A DNA stretch of 64,000 nucleotides from an uncultured Acidobacteriota bacterium (GTDB taxonomy: Bacteria; Acidobacteriota; Thermoanaerobaculia; Multivoradales; JAGPDF01): NCBI GenBank assembly GCA_963803995.1, contig CAWDOT010000003.1:3822-67821 (forward strand). The letters run 5' to 3'. Below, in pieces: positions 50,600 to 61,115 of the stretch. The stretch's first letter is position 1. Each line of letters starts with the position of its first letter. The notes beneath the pieces were generated by a model, which searched no databases, was not told the origin of the DNA, and saw only the letters and a list, made by a program, of their open reading frames with translations. The position numbers and the translations under genes were made by a program.

Positions 50600-51547
50600 A
50601 TGCACTCGATCGGCTCGCCGCTCTTCTGGACGCTCTTCCTGGCCGGCGTGGCCGCCATCCTGGTCCTCGACCTCGGCGTGCTCAACCGCAAGGCGCACGC
50701 GGTCCGGCCCCGCGAGGCGGCGCTCTGGACCATGTTCTGCGTCACGCTGGCGACGCTCTTCGCGCTCTGGCTGGGCTGGCGCTTCGGGGCGCGGCCGGCG
50801 CTCGAGTTCACCACCGGCTACCTGATCGAGTACGCGCTCTCGGTCGACAACCTGTTCGTCTTCCTGGTCGTCTTCAGCTACTTCAAGGTGCCGCCCGAGT
50901 TCCAGCACCGCGTGCTCTTCTGGGGCATTCTCGGCGCCCTCCTGTTGCGCGCGGTCTTCATCCTGACCGGCGCCGCCCTGCTCGCCCGGTTCCACGGCCT
51001 GATCTACGTCTTCGGCGCCTTCCTGGTGGTGACCGGCGTCAAGCTGCTGGTCTCCGGCGAGGGCGAGGTCGATCCCGAGCACAACCCGATGCTGCGGCTG
51101 GCGCGGCGCTTCCTGCGCGTGACCCCCCGCTACCACGGCCAGAAGTTCTTCGTCCTCGAGCAGGGCAAGCGCTTCGCGACGCCGCTCTTCCTGGTGCTGA
51201 TCGTCATCGAAGGCACCGACGTCGTGTTCGCGGTCGATTCGATCCCCGCGATCTTCGGAGTGACCCAGGACCCCTTCCTGGTCTTCACCTCGAACATCTT
51301 CGCCATCCTCGGCCTGCGCTCGCTCTACTTCCTGCTCCACGACTTCATGGGGCGCTTCCACTACCTCAAGTACGGCCTCGGCCTGGTGCTCGCCTTCGTC
51401 GGCGCGAAGATGGTCGCGAGCGCCTGGTTCAAGGTGCCGATCGGCATCTCGCTGGGGGTGATCGTCGCCCTGCTCGGCCTCTCGGTCGGCGCCTCCTGGC
51501 TCTTTCCCCCGAAGCCGGAGCCCGCGGGCGGCGATCAGGAGAAGTAA
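50600..51547 (+). CDS. TerC/Alx family membrane protein
   Basis: EYALSVDNLFVF, QHRVLFWGILGA, DVVFAVDSIPA, SNIFAILGLRSLYF. Confidence 0.93.
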   Translation: MHSIGSPLFWTLFLAGVAAILVLDLGVLNRKAHAVRPREAALWTMFCVTLATLFALWLGWRFGARPALEFTTGYLIEYALSVDNLFVFLVVFSYFKVPPEFQHRVLFWGILGALLLRAVFILTGAALLARFHGLIYVFGAFLVVTGVKLLVSGEGEVDPEHNPMLRLARRFLRVTPRYHGQKFFVLEQGKRFATPLFLVLIVIEGTDVVFAVDSIPAIFGVTQDPFLVFTSNIFAILGLRSLYFLLHDFMGRFHYLKYGLGLVLAFVGAKMVASAWFKVPIGISLGVIVALLGLSVGASWLFPPKPEPAGGDQEK

Positions 51548-52344
51548 TAAAAGAGGAAGAGGCCGAGCGCCAGCCGGTAGACGACGAAGACGGTGAGCGG
51601 CCGCGTGCGCACCCAGGCGAGCAGGGCCGCGATCACCGCGTAGCCGGCGAGGGCGGAGACCGCGATCCCGATCAGCACGATCGAACCGTCGAGCCCGGCG
51701 ATCTCGCCGCGCGCGAAGTCGAACGCCTGCTTCGCCCCCACCAGCAGCCCGATGGGCACCGAGAGCAGGAAGCTGAAGCGGGCGGCGCTCTCCCGGTCGA
51801 GGCCGAGCCCGAGCGCCGCGGTCATCGTGACGCCCGAGCGCGAGGTGCCGGGCACCAGGGCGAGCGCCTGCGCACACCCGATCAGCAGCCCCTCCCGGCG
51901 GCCGATCGCCGGCAGGCCCAGGCGCCGGGCGCCGAAGCGGTCGGCTGTCCCGAGCAGCAGGCCGTACACGATCGCGGTGGTCGCGATCAGCTGCGGGTTG
52001 CGGCCGTAGGTCGAAATCCAGTCCTTCGCGAGCAGGCCGACGATGCCCGCCGGAATCGTCCCCCAGACGAGCGCCCAGGCGAGCCGGGCGTCGGGCGCGT
52101 GCGCTCCGGCGCCCCCCGGGCGGAGCGAGGCGAGCGCGCCGCGCAGGATCCGCCCGAGATCGCGGCGGAAGTAGGCGAGCACGGCGAGCAGCGTGCCGGT
52201 GTTGGTGGCGATGTCGAACTCGAGCCCCTGGTCGCTCCAGCCGAGCAGCCGGGGCGCAAGGATCAGGTGACCCGAGGAGGAGACCGGCAGGAACTCGGTC
52301 GCGGCCTGGACGAGCGCCAGGAAGACGGCCTGGAACGGGGTCAA
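51535..52344 (-). CDS. uppP: Undecaprenyl-diphosphate phosphatase
   Basis: TEFLPVSSSGHL, PGTSRSG, AARFSFLLSVP. Confidence 0.95.
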   Translation of the reverse strand: MTPFQAVFLALVQAATEFLPVSSSGHLILAPRLLGWSDQGLEFDIATNTGTLLAVLAYFRRDLGRILRGALASLRPGGAGAHAPDARLAWALVWGTIPAGIVGLLAKDWISTYGRNPQLIATTAIVYGLLLGTADRFGARRLGLPAIGRREGLLIGCAQALALVPGTSRSGVTMTAALGLGLDRESAARFSFLLSVPIGLLVGAKQAFDFARGEIAGLDGSIVLIGIAVSALAGYAVIAALLAWVRTRPLTVFVVYRLALGLFLFYYFS

Positions 52345-52392
52345 CTCGGAACTCCTCTCGCGGCGGCGCGGGCCGTCCGATGCGCGGCCGGC

Positions 52393-53221
52393 TCAGCGGC
52401 CGGCCTGGCGGTTCTCCGTGCGCCGCTGCCAGAGCACGGTCGCGCCGAGCACGACCAGGCTGACCACCAGGATCGCCGTCGCCATGACGTTGACCTGCGG
52501 CGGATAGGCCGAACGCTGCGCGCCGTAGACGTAGAGCGGGTAGGTCACCCGCGCGCCGGCGTTGAACAGGGTGATGATGAAGTCGTCGAGCGACAGGGCG
52601 AAGGAGAGCATCGCCGCGGCCACGATGCCGGGCGCGATCAGCGGCAGCGTGATCTTCGTCGACCACGCGCAGCGGCGTGGCGCCGAGGTCCATCGCCGCC
52701 TCCTCGAGGCTCCAGTCGAAGCCGCGGATGCGCGCCTTGACGGTCAGCGCCACGTAGCTCACCTGGAACATGATGTGGGCGATCACGATGGTCGCGAAGC
52801 CGGAGCGGGTGTCGAGCTCGAGGAAGAGCGAGAGCAGCGCCGAGCCCATCACCACCTCGGGCGTGGTGAGCGGCAGCACCAGCAGCAGGTCGACCGCCGA
52901 GCTGCCCCGGAACCGGTAGCGGCAGAGCGCCAGCGCGATCAGCGTGCCGAAGACGATCGCGACGCCGGTCGAGATCGCCGCCACCTGGAGCGAGAGCTTC
53001 ATGGCGTCGACCAGCGACTGGTACTTGAACGGGTCGCGCCAGGCGTCGAGCGAGAAGGATTTCCAGACGAAGTTGAACCGCCCTTCCGGCTGGTTGAAGC
53101 TGTAGAGCACGATCACGAACATCGGCACGAACAGGTAGAGCAGGACCAGCCCGGCCACGAGGTCGAGCACACGGCCGCGCCAGCCGCCGAGCCCCGGGTC
53201 GCGCGCCGGCGCCGGCTTCAT
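52393..53221 (-). CDS. potC: Polyamine ABC transporter permease (frameshift near 52660)
   Basis: YSFN, LEEAAMDLGA, FALSLDDFIIT, PPQVN. Confidence 0.85.
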
Positions 53222-54063
53222 GCCAGCTCCTCGGTGCCGAGCGCGCGGGCGTAGGACAGCACGCCGATCGTGATCACCGCCATCAACAGGAACGAGAGCG
53301 AGGAGGCGACCGGTAGTCCCGTACCTCGAGGAACTGGTTCTGGATCACGGTGCCGATCATCTGCTGGTTCGGGCTGCCGAGCAGCTCGGCGTTGATGAAG
53401 TCGCCGGAAGCCGGGATGAAGGTGAGCAGGCTCCCGGCGAAGACCCCGGGCAGCGACAGCGGCAGCACGACCTTGGCGAAGGCCCGGCCGGGGCTGCAGT
53501 AGAGATCGGCGGCGGCCTCGATCAGGCGGCGGTCGATCTTCTCGAGGCTGACGTAGATCGGCAGGATCATGAACGGCAGGAAGTTGTAGGTGAGGCCGCC
53601 GACGACCGCCGCCAGCGTGTTGAGCAGCCGGCCGTCCTCGGGCAGCACGTGCAGCCAGCGCAGCACCGCGACCATGATGCCGTTGTCGCCGAGGATCGTC
53701 TTCCACGCGAGGGTGCGCACCAGGAAGGTGGTGAAGAAGGGCAGGATGACCAGGCCGAGCAGCAGGTTCTTCAGGCGCCCCGCCCGGAAGGCGATCACGT
53801 AGGCGAGCGGGTAGCCCAGCGCGATCGACAGCAAGGTCGCCGAGCAGCGCGTAGCCGAACGAGCGCGCGAAGTGGCCGCCATAGGCGTCGATCGCGTGGG
53901 CGTAGGCCGACCACCACGGGGCATCGCCGGCCGGCACCGAGGTGCCGGCCAGGGTGAACAGCGGCACCGCGAAGAAGGCGAGCAGCCAGAGGATGCCCGG
54001 CGCGATCAGCAGGTAGGGGGCGAGAGGCGAGCGCCTTCCGCCCCCGGAGGCGGTTCCTGCCAT
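53218..54063 (-). CDS. potB: Polyamine ABC transporter permease (frameshifts near 53840 and 53310)
   Basis: GYPLAY, LVRTLAW, YNFLPFMILPIY, LIEAAADL, FIPASGDF. Confidence 0.85.
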   Translation of the reverse strand: MAGTASGGGRRSPLAPYLLIAPGILWLLAFFAVPLFTLAGTSVPAGDAPWWSAYAHAIDAYGGHFARSFGYALLGDLAVDRAGLPARLRDRLPGGAPEEPAARPGHPALLHHLPGAHPRVEDDPRRQRHHGRGAALAARAARGRPAAQHAGGGRRRPHLQLPAVHDPADLRQPREDRPPPDRGRRRSLLQPRPGLRQGRAAAVAARGLRREPAHLHPGFRRLHQRRAARQPEPADDRHRDPEPVPRGTGLPVASSLSFLLMAVITIGVLSYARALGTEELA

Positions 54064-54071
54064 GGCTCGGT

Positions 54072-55237
54072 TTAGGCGCCGATCGCGTCCTGGAAGACCC
54101 GGTTGAACTCCTGGTCCTCCTCCTCGGAGAGCGCGCGGAAGACGTGCAGGCGCGCGCGCAGCTCGTCGGGCGGGTTGACCAGCGGGCTCGTGGCGAGCTC
54201 GGGAGCGATCTTGGCGAGCACTTCGCCGACGCCGCGCACCGCCGAGATGTAGGGTGCGGCGACCACGATCTGCGCCGAGTGCGCCGGGTCGTAGCACCAG
54301 TCGAGCCAGGCGTGCGCCTCGTCCATGCGATCCGACATCTTGGGGATCAGCATGTTGTCCGAGTAGATCATCGCGCCCTCCTTGGGCGCGATCCAGACGC
54401 AGGTCGGGGTTGTCGGCGGCCAGGCCCTGGATGTCGCCCGACCAGGAGATCGCGATCGCGATGTTGCCGGCGGCCAGGTCGGCGGCGTAGTCGTTGCCGG
54501 TGAACGCGCGCACCTGCCCGCTCTCGCGGGCCTTCTTGACCTTCGCGCAGGCCTTCTGGGCGTCCTCGAGCGTCGCCTTCGCCGGGTCGATACCGAGGCC
54601 GAGCATGACCAGGCCGAGCGTGTCGCGCATCTCGGTGAGCATCGTCACCTGGCCCTTGAACTTCGGGTCGAAGATGTCCTCGACGCTGGTGAGCTCGCGG
54701 CCGGTCTTCTTCGGGTTGTAGCCGATGCCGGCCATGCCCGACATCCACGGCACGCTGTACCTGCGCCCCGGATCGAAGCTGACGTCGCGCAGGCCGTCGA
54801 CCAGGTTGGCCAGGTTGGGGAACTTCGCCGGGTCGAGCGGCGCGCAGTAGCCGCGCGCGATCATCCGGCCCGACCATCCAGTCGGTGAGCACGACGATGT
54901 CGCGGTCGATCGACTGGCCGCGCTTCAGCGGCTCGTCGATCTTGGCGAAGAACTCGTTGTTGTCGTTGACGTCCTCGCTGTACTCGACCGGGATGCCGGT
55001 GGCCGCGGTGAAGTCGGGCACCGTCTTCTCGTCGATGTAGAGCGGCCAGTTGGAGATGCGCAGCGTCTTCTTCGCGATCTGCGGCGCGGCCGCCGCGCCC
55101 GCGGCCGGCGCTTCGGCGCCCTTCCTGCCGCAGGCGGCGAGCAGGCCGCCGCCGAGCGCCAGGCCGCCCGCGGCGAGCGCCGACCGCCCGAGGAACTGCC
55201 GGCGGTTCTGCGCGGCGCGCAGGATCCTGCGGATCAT
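54072..55237 (-). CDS. potD: Polyamine ABC substrate-binding lipoprotein with Tat signal (frameshifts; true start may be 55272)
   Basis: [40 protein letters not shown]. Confidence 0.85.
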
Positions 55238-55268
55238 CGCTTCCTCTTCCCGCTTCCGTCTCTTCGGC

Positions 55269-56428
55269 TCATGGTCTCCTCCGGTTGGAAGTCAGTGGTG
55301 CGCGGCGGTCCCGTTGGCCTCGTGGGCGGCTCCACTTCGCCGCCGCCGGGGGCCGCGGCGGCAGCAACCGCCCCGCCTCGACGTCCCAGCTCACCCAGTA
55401 GTCGCGGCCGTCGCCGAGCGCGGCCGCCGCTTCGGCGTGGTCGAGATGGCAGACGATCTCGGTGCCGTCGGCGAGCGCGAGGGCGCAGCGCACGACCGGG
55501 CCCTGGAACAGCGTGCTCGCGAGCGTCGCCGGAAGCGCGGTCGCGACCGCGGGCCGCGCCTTCGTGATGGTCAGACGCTCCGGCCGGACGACCAGGGTCA
55601 CCGGGTCGCCGGGCGTCGAACGGGTGCCGTGGGGCACCGGCAGCCGGCTGCCCGCCATCTCGGCGGTCGCCGCGCCGCCCGCGGCCTCGGCGACTACGCG
55701 CCGGCAGCAGGTTGGCGACGCCGATGAAGGTGGCCACGAACAGCGTGTCCGGCTCGTGGTAGATCACCTGCGGCGCGCCGAGCTGGTCGACGCGCCCCTC
55801 GTTCATCACCGCGATGCGGTCCGACATCGTCAGCGCCTCTTCCTGGTCGTGCGTCACGTAGATGAACGTGATGTCGACCTCGCGCTGGATCCGCTTGAGC
55901 TCGATCTGCATCGCCTGGCGGAGTTTGAGGTCGAGCGCGCCGAGCGGCTCGTCGAGCAGCAGCGCGCTCGGATAGTTGACCAGGGCACGCGCCAGCGCGA
56001 CCCGCTGCTGCTGGCCGCCGGAGAGCTGCGCCGGCCGGCGGTCGGCGTAGGCCGCGAGACGGACGACCTCGAGCAGCTCGCCCACCCGCTGGTCGATCTC
56101 CGCCTTCGGCAGGCCGCGGCTGCGCGGCCCGAACGCGACGTTGTCGCGCACCGACATGTGCGGAAACAGGGCGTAGTGCTGGAAGACCGTGTTGACGTTG
56201 CGCCGGTACGGCGGAATGTGCGAGACGTCGTGGCCCTCGAGCAGGATGCGGCCGCCGGTGGGCTGCTCGAAACCGGCGATCATGCGCAGCGTCGTCGTCT
56301 TGCCGCAGCCGGAGGGACCGAGCATCGAGAAGAACTCGCCCGCGCCCGATCTCGAAGTGGGCCTCGTGTACGGCGACGACGTCGCCGAACCGCTTGCTGA
56401 CGTGCTCGAGGGTGATGACCGGATCCAC
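55269..56428 (-). CDS. potA: Polyamine ABC ATPase (frameshifts near 56340 and 55700)
   Basis: [46 protein letters not shown]-like tail. Confidence 0.9.
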
Positions 56429-56590
56429 GTCGCTCAGTCTCCCCCTTCCACCTGCGCTCCGCGCGCCGCGAACGCGCGGTTGACGGACCGCTCCCGGGCC
56501 GCCAGAATCGCCGACCGTCCTGCCGCTCCCCTCGCGGTCGCGTGCTCCCGGACGAGTTGGTTCACTCGGAATTCGCCCGAAAGATAACCC

Positions 56591-57985
56591 ATGACCCCCC
56601 CGATCCCCACCCCCGCCGTCCCAGGATTCGACCCGCGTGCTCGAGCGCGCCCGCGAAATCGCCGACCGCGGAGACTGCCGCGGCTGCTCGACCGGACCCC
56701 CGCCTCGGCGCGGCTCTACGAGCGCGCAGCCCGGATCCTCCCCTTCGGGGTCGTCTCCTCCTTCCAGAAGGGCTTCCCCTACCCCGTCTATCTCTCCCAC
56801 GGGCGGGGCAGCCGGGTCTGGGACCAGGACGGCAGCGAGTACGTCGACTTCCACGGCGGCTTCGGAGCCATGGTCGCCGGCCACGCCCACCCGCGCGTCG
56901 TCGAGGCGATCGCCGAGGCGGCCGGCCGGGGCACCCACTTCGCCGTGACCACCGAGGAGGCGGTCGAGTGCGGCGAGGAGATCTGCCGGCGCTTCGGGCT
57001 CGAGATGCTGCGCTTCGCCAACTCCGGCACCGAGGCGACCATGGACGCGATCCGCGTCGCGCGCGCCGCCACCGGCCGCGACGTCGTCTGCAAGATCGAG
57101 GGCTCGTACCACGGCCACCACGACGCCGTGATGTTCTCGGTGATCCCCAACGCCGACGTCATGGGGGGCCGCGAGCGGCCCGCCAAGGCGCCGGTCTCCA
57201 GAGGGCTGGTCCGCGACGCCCACCGCTACATCGAGGTGGTGCCGTTCAACGACGCGGCGGCGCTCGAGCGGCTGTTCGACGAGCGGGGCGAGGAGATCGC
57301 CTGCCTGATCATGGAGCCGGCGATGATGAACATCGGCATCGTGCTGCCGCAGCCCGGCTACCTCGAGCGGGTGCGCGAGCTGTGCACGAAGCACGGCGTC
57401 GTCCTCATCTTCGACGAGATCAAGACCGGCTTCACGATCGCGGCCGGGCGGCGCCACCGAGCGCTTCGGCGTGCAGCCCGACCTCGTCTGCCTGGCCAAG
57501 GCGATCGCCGGCGGGCTGCCCGCGGCGGCCTTCGGCGGCCGCGAGGACCTGATGCGGCTGATCGAGCGCGGCGTCTCGCAGATGGGCACCTACAACGGCA
57601 ACCCGCTGGTCGCCCACGTCGGCCTGGTCCTGCTGCGCGAGGTGCTGACCCCCGACGCCTACGCCCACCTCGCGCGAGCTCGGCCGGCGGCTCGCCGCCG
57701 GCTGCCAGGCGGCGATCGAGCGCGCCGGGCTGCCCGCGCACACCGTCGACCTCGGCGCCAAGGGCTGCGTCTCCTACCGGCCGACGCCGATGCACGAACT
57801 ACCGGGACTTCCTCGAGACCCTGCCCGAGCTCTTCGCCGCCTCGTACCCCTGGCTGCTCAACCGCGGCATCTTCATGACTCCGGGCGACGAGGAGCAGTG
57901 GACGCTCTCGCTCCAGCACAGCGACGCCGAGGTCGACCTCTACGTCGAGGTGTTCGGCGAGTTCTGCGCGGCGCTCGTCGCCTGA
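56591..57985 (+). CDS. Class III PLP aminotransferase, GSA-aminomutase-like (frameshifts)
   Basis: WDQDGSEYVDF, NSGTEATM, GSYHG, IFDEIKTGF, PDLVCLAKAIAGG, GTYNGNP. Confidence 0.85.
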   Translation: MTPPIPTPAVPGFDPRARARPRNRRPRRLPRLLDRTPASARLYERAARILPFGVVSSFQKGFPYPVYLSHGRGSRVWDQDGSEYVDFHGGFGAMVAGHAHPRVVEAIAEAAGRGTHFAVTTEEAVECGEEICRRFGLEMLRFANSGTEATMDAIRVARAATGRDVVCKIEGSYHGHHDAVMFSVIPNADVMGGRERPAKAPVSRGLVRDAHRYIEVVPFNDAAALERLFDERGEEIACLIMEPAMMNIGIVLPQPGYLERVRELCTKHGVVLIFDEIKTGFTIAAGRRHRALRRAARPRLPGQGDRRRAARGGLRRPRGPDAADRARRLADGHLQRQPAGRPRRPGPAARGADPRRLRPPRASSAGGSPPAARRRSSAPGCPRTPSTSAPRAASPTGRRRCTNYRDFLETLPELFAASYPWLLNRGIFMTPGDEEQWTLSLQHSDAEVDLYVEVFGEFCAALVA

Positions 57986-58083
57986 GCCGCGCGGCCGCCG
58001 CAGGTCCCGGTTGATAGACTCGCGGCGCCGCGACCGGCGCGCCCGCCGGCCCCGCGTTCCGCAGCCCGGACCTCGAGGAGAGA

Positions 58084-58963
58084 ATGAAGGGAATCGTGCT
58101 CGCCGGCGGCTCCGGCACCCGGCTCTACCCGGTCACCCGCGGGGTGAGCAAGCAGCTCCTGCCGGTCTACGACAAGCCGATGGTCTACTACCCGTTGTCG
58201 AGCCTGATGCTCGCCGGCATCCGGGAGATCCTCGTCATCTCGACGCCGCACGACCTGCCCTCCTTCGAGCGGCTGCTCGGCGACGGCGGCGCCTTCGGCC
58301 TCGACGTCTCCTACGCCGCGCAGCCCCAGCCCGGGCGGCCTCGCGCAGGCCTTCCTGATCGGCCGCGACTTCGTCGGCGCCGACCGCGTGGCGCTCGCCC
58401 TCGGCGACAACATCTTCTACGGCCATGGCTTCCCGGAAGAGCTCCAGGCCGCCGCTGTGCGCGAGCAGGGCGCCACGGTCTTCGCCTACCGGGTGCGCGA
58501 TCCGGAGCGCTACGGCGTCGTCGAGCTCGACGCCGCCGGCCGACCCCTCGCGATCGAGGAGAAGCCGGCCCGGCCGCGCTCGCACTGGGCCGTGACCGGC
58601 CTCTACTTCTACGACAACCGCGTGCTCGACATCGCCGCCGGCCTGACGCCGTCGCCGCGCGGCGAGCTCGAGATCACCGACGTCAACCGCGCCTACATGG
58701 CCGCCGGCGAGCTCGCCGTGCGCCGGCTCGGCCGCGGCATCGCCTGGCTCGACACCGGCACCCACGAGTCGCTGCTGCAGGCCTCGAAGTTCATCGCCGC
58801 GATCGAGCAGCGCCAGGGCCTCAAGGTCGCCTGCCTGGAGGAGATCGCGCTGCGCATGGGCTGGCTCGACGGCGAGGCGGTGCTGCGCCTGGCCGGCGAG
58901 CTCGGCAGGACCGACTACGCCGACTACCTGCGCCGCGTGGTGGCGGAAGAGGAGGAGCGGTGA
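58084..58963 (+). CDS. rmlA: Glucose-1-phosphate thymidylyltransferase (frameshift near 58330)
   Basis: [53 protein letters not shown]. Confidence 0.95.
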
Positions 58964-59526
58964 AGCTCGTCGAGACGCCGCTGCCCGGCGTGATCCTGAT
59001 CGAGCCCCACGTCTTCCGCGACGACCGCGGCTTCTTCCTCGAGGTCTTCCACGCCGGCAAGTTCGAAGCGCAGGGCCTCGCCGTCCGCTTCGTCCAGGAC
59101 AACCACTCCGAGTCGCGGCGCGGCACCCTGCGCGGGCTGCACCTGCAGACCCGCTCGCCGCAGGGCAAGCTCGTGCGCTGCGTCGCGGGCGAGATCTGGG
59201 ACGTCGCCGTCGACGTCCGCGTCGGCTCGCCCTCCTTCGGCCGCTGGCACGGCGAGCGGCTCTCGGCCGCCAACTTCCACCAGCTCTGGATCCCCGCCGG
59301 ATTCGCCCACGGCTTCTGCGTGCTCTCCGAGGCGGCCCAGGTCGAGTACAAGTGCACGACGCTCTACGACCCCGAGAGCGACCTCGCGCTGGCCTGGAAC
59401 GATCCCGAGCTCGCCGTCGGCTGGCCGGTCGCCGAGCCGCTGCTGTCGGCGCGCGACGCCGGAGCGCCGCTCGTCGCCCAGGCGCTCGACCTGCTGCCGC
59501 GCTACCCCGGAGTCAGCGCGCTCTGA
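58960..59526 (+). CDS. rmlC: dTDP-4-dehydrorhamnose 3,5-epimerase
   Basis: DDRGFF, FVQDNHS, RGLHLQ, QGKLVRC, GFAHGF. Confidence 0.95.
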   Translation: MKLVETPLPGVILIEPHVFRDDRGFFLEVFHAGKFEAQGLAVRFVQDNHSESRRGTLRGLHLQTRSPQGKLVRCVAGEIWDVAVDVRVGSPSFGRWHGERLSAANFHQLWIPAGFAHGFCVLSEAAQVEYKCTTLYDPESDLALAWNDPELAVGWPVAEPLLSARDAGAPLVAQALDLLPRYPGVSAL

Positions 59527-61097
59527 GCGCCGCCGGCGGGCTCCGGGACGCCGACCTCGAGCGGCTCGCGGCGCGCGGCCTCCCGGCCGCCGCCGTCGCC
59601 GCCCAGCTCGAGCGCCTGCGCCGGCCGCCGGCGCCGGCCCGGCTCGACCGCCCCTGCACGATCGACGACGGCATCGAGCGCGTCGCGCCGGAGCGCGCCG
59701 ACGGGCTCGCGGAGCGCGCCGACGCGGCGCGCGCGGCCGGGCGTCTCGCCCGCTTCGTGCCGGCCTCGGGCGCCGCCAGCCGGATGTTCCGCGCCCTCGC
59801 CGCCGCCGCCGAGCGCCCCGCCGGCACCACCCGGGCCGACCTCGAACGGGACGCCGACGCCGGCGACGCGCTCGCCGGAGAGGCGGTCGCCTTCCTCGAC
59901 GCGCTGCCCCGGCTGGCGCTCGGCCGCGCGCTCGCGCACGCCGCCGGCGAACCCCTGGAAGAGATCGTCCGGCGCGCGGGGAGCGGCCCGGTCCGGCCCC
60001 TGTTCGAGCTCGTCCTCTCGCCGTCCGGCCTCGACGCGGCGCGGCTGCCCAAGGGACTCCTCCCCTTCCACGGCCGCAGCGACGGCTGGGTCACCGCGTT
60101 CGAGGAGCATCTCGCCGAGGGGGTCGAGGCGCTCGCCGACCGCCACGGCGTCTGCCGCTTCCATTTCACCGTGCCGCCCGGCGAGGGGCGCGCGGCGTTC
60201 GAGGCGGCGCTCGCGGCCGCGCGCGTCCGGCTCGAGCGCGGCGGCCGCCGGCTCGACGTCGCCTTCTCCGAGCAGGAGCCCGCGACCGACGCGCCGGCGC
60301 TCGACGCCGACGGCGAGCCGGCGCGGGACGGCGGCGGCGCGCTGCTGCTGCGCCCCTCGGGCCACGGCGCGCTGCTCGGCAACCTCGAGCGCGCCGGCTT
60401 CGACCTCGCGACGGTGAAGAACATCGACAACATCCTGCCGCGCGAGCGACACGGGGAGGTCAACCGCTGGAAGCGGGTGCTGGTCGGCCGCCTGGTCGAG
60501 CTCGAGGCCGAGCTCGAACCGCTGCGCCGCGCGCTCGCCGCGGGCGACGACCCCGCCGCGACGCGCGCCGCCTTCGAGCTCTGCGCGGCGCGCTTCGGCC
60601 GGCGCCCGGCCGCCGCGGCGCTCGCCGGCAGCGCGGCCGAGCGCGCGGCGGCGGCGCGCTCGCTCGTCGAGCGCCCGCTGCGCGTCTGCGGCGTGGTGGC
60701 CAACACCGGCGAGCCGGGCGGCGGCCCCTTCTGGGTGACCGGCGCGGACGGCACGACGACACCGCAGATCGTCGAGTCCTCGCAGGTCGACGGCGCCGAC
60801 CCCGCGCAGGCCGCGATCTGGCGCGCCTCGACACACTTCAATCCGGTCGACCTCGCGCTCGCCCTGCGCGACGCCGACGGCCGCCCCTACCCGCTCGACC
60901 GGTTCGTCGATCCGGAGACCGCCTTCGTCGCGCGCAAGAGCGAGGCGGGGCGCGAGCTCACCGTGCTCGAGCGCCCCGGTCTCTGGAACGGCGCGATGGC
61001 GGGCTGGAACACCTGCTTCGTCGAAGTGCCGGGCGCGACCTTCGCGCCGGTCAAGACCGTGCTCGACCTCGCCCGCCCCGAGCACCGCGCCGGCTGA
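59523..61097 (+). CDS. DUF4301 family protein
   Basis: [65 protein letters not shown]; start probably CTG 59523. Confidence 0.85.
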   Translation: MSAAGGLRDADLERLAARGLPAAAVAAQLERLRRPPAPARLDRPCTIDDGIERVAPERADGLAERADAARAAGRLARFVPASGAASRMFRALAAAAERPAGTTRADLERDADAGDALAGEAVAFLDALPRLALGRALAHAAGEPLEEIVRRAGSGPVRPLFELVLSPSGLDAARLPKGLLPFHGRSDGWVTAFEEHLAEGVEALADRHGVCRFHFTVPPGEGRAAFEAALAAARVRLERGGRRLDVAFSEQEPATDAPALDADGEPARDGGGALLLRPSGHGALLGNLERAGFDLATVKNIDNILPRERHGEVNRWKRVLVGRLVELEAELEPLRRALAAGDDPAATRAAFELCAARFGRRPAAAALAGSAAERAAAARSLVERPLRVCGVVANTGEPGGGPFWVTGADGTTTPQIVESSQVDGADPAQAAIWRASTHFNPVDLALALRDADGRPYPLDRFVDPETAFVARKSEAGRELTVLERPGLWNGAMAGWNTCFVEVPGATFAPVKTVLDLARPEHRAG

Positions 61098-61115
61098 CGC
61101 CGGCGTCCCACCGGC

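Noticed and set aside
51535-51547. 13-bp 3' overlap of terC and uppP
   Set aside because: Short convergent overlaps are common in compact genomes, and there is no further signal.
55234-55272. 12-aa [15 protein letters not shown] between potA and potD
   Set aside because: More simply the true potD N-terminus split off by an indel, since it has the strong RBS and overlaps the potA stop.
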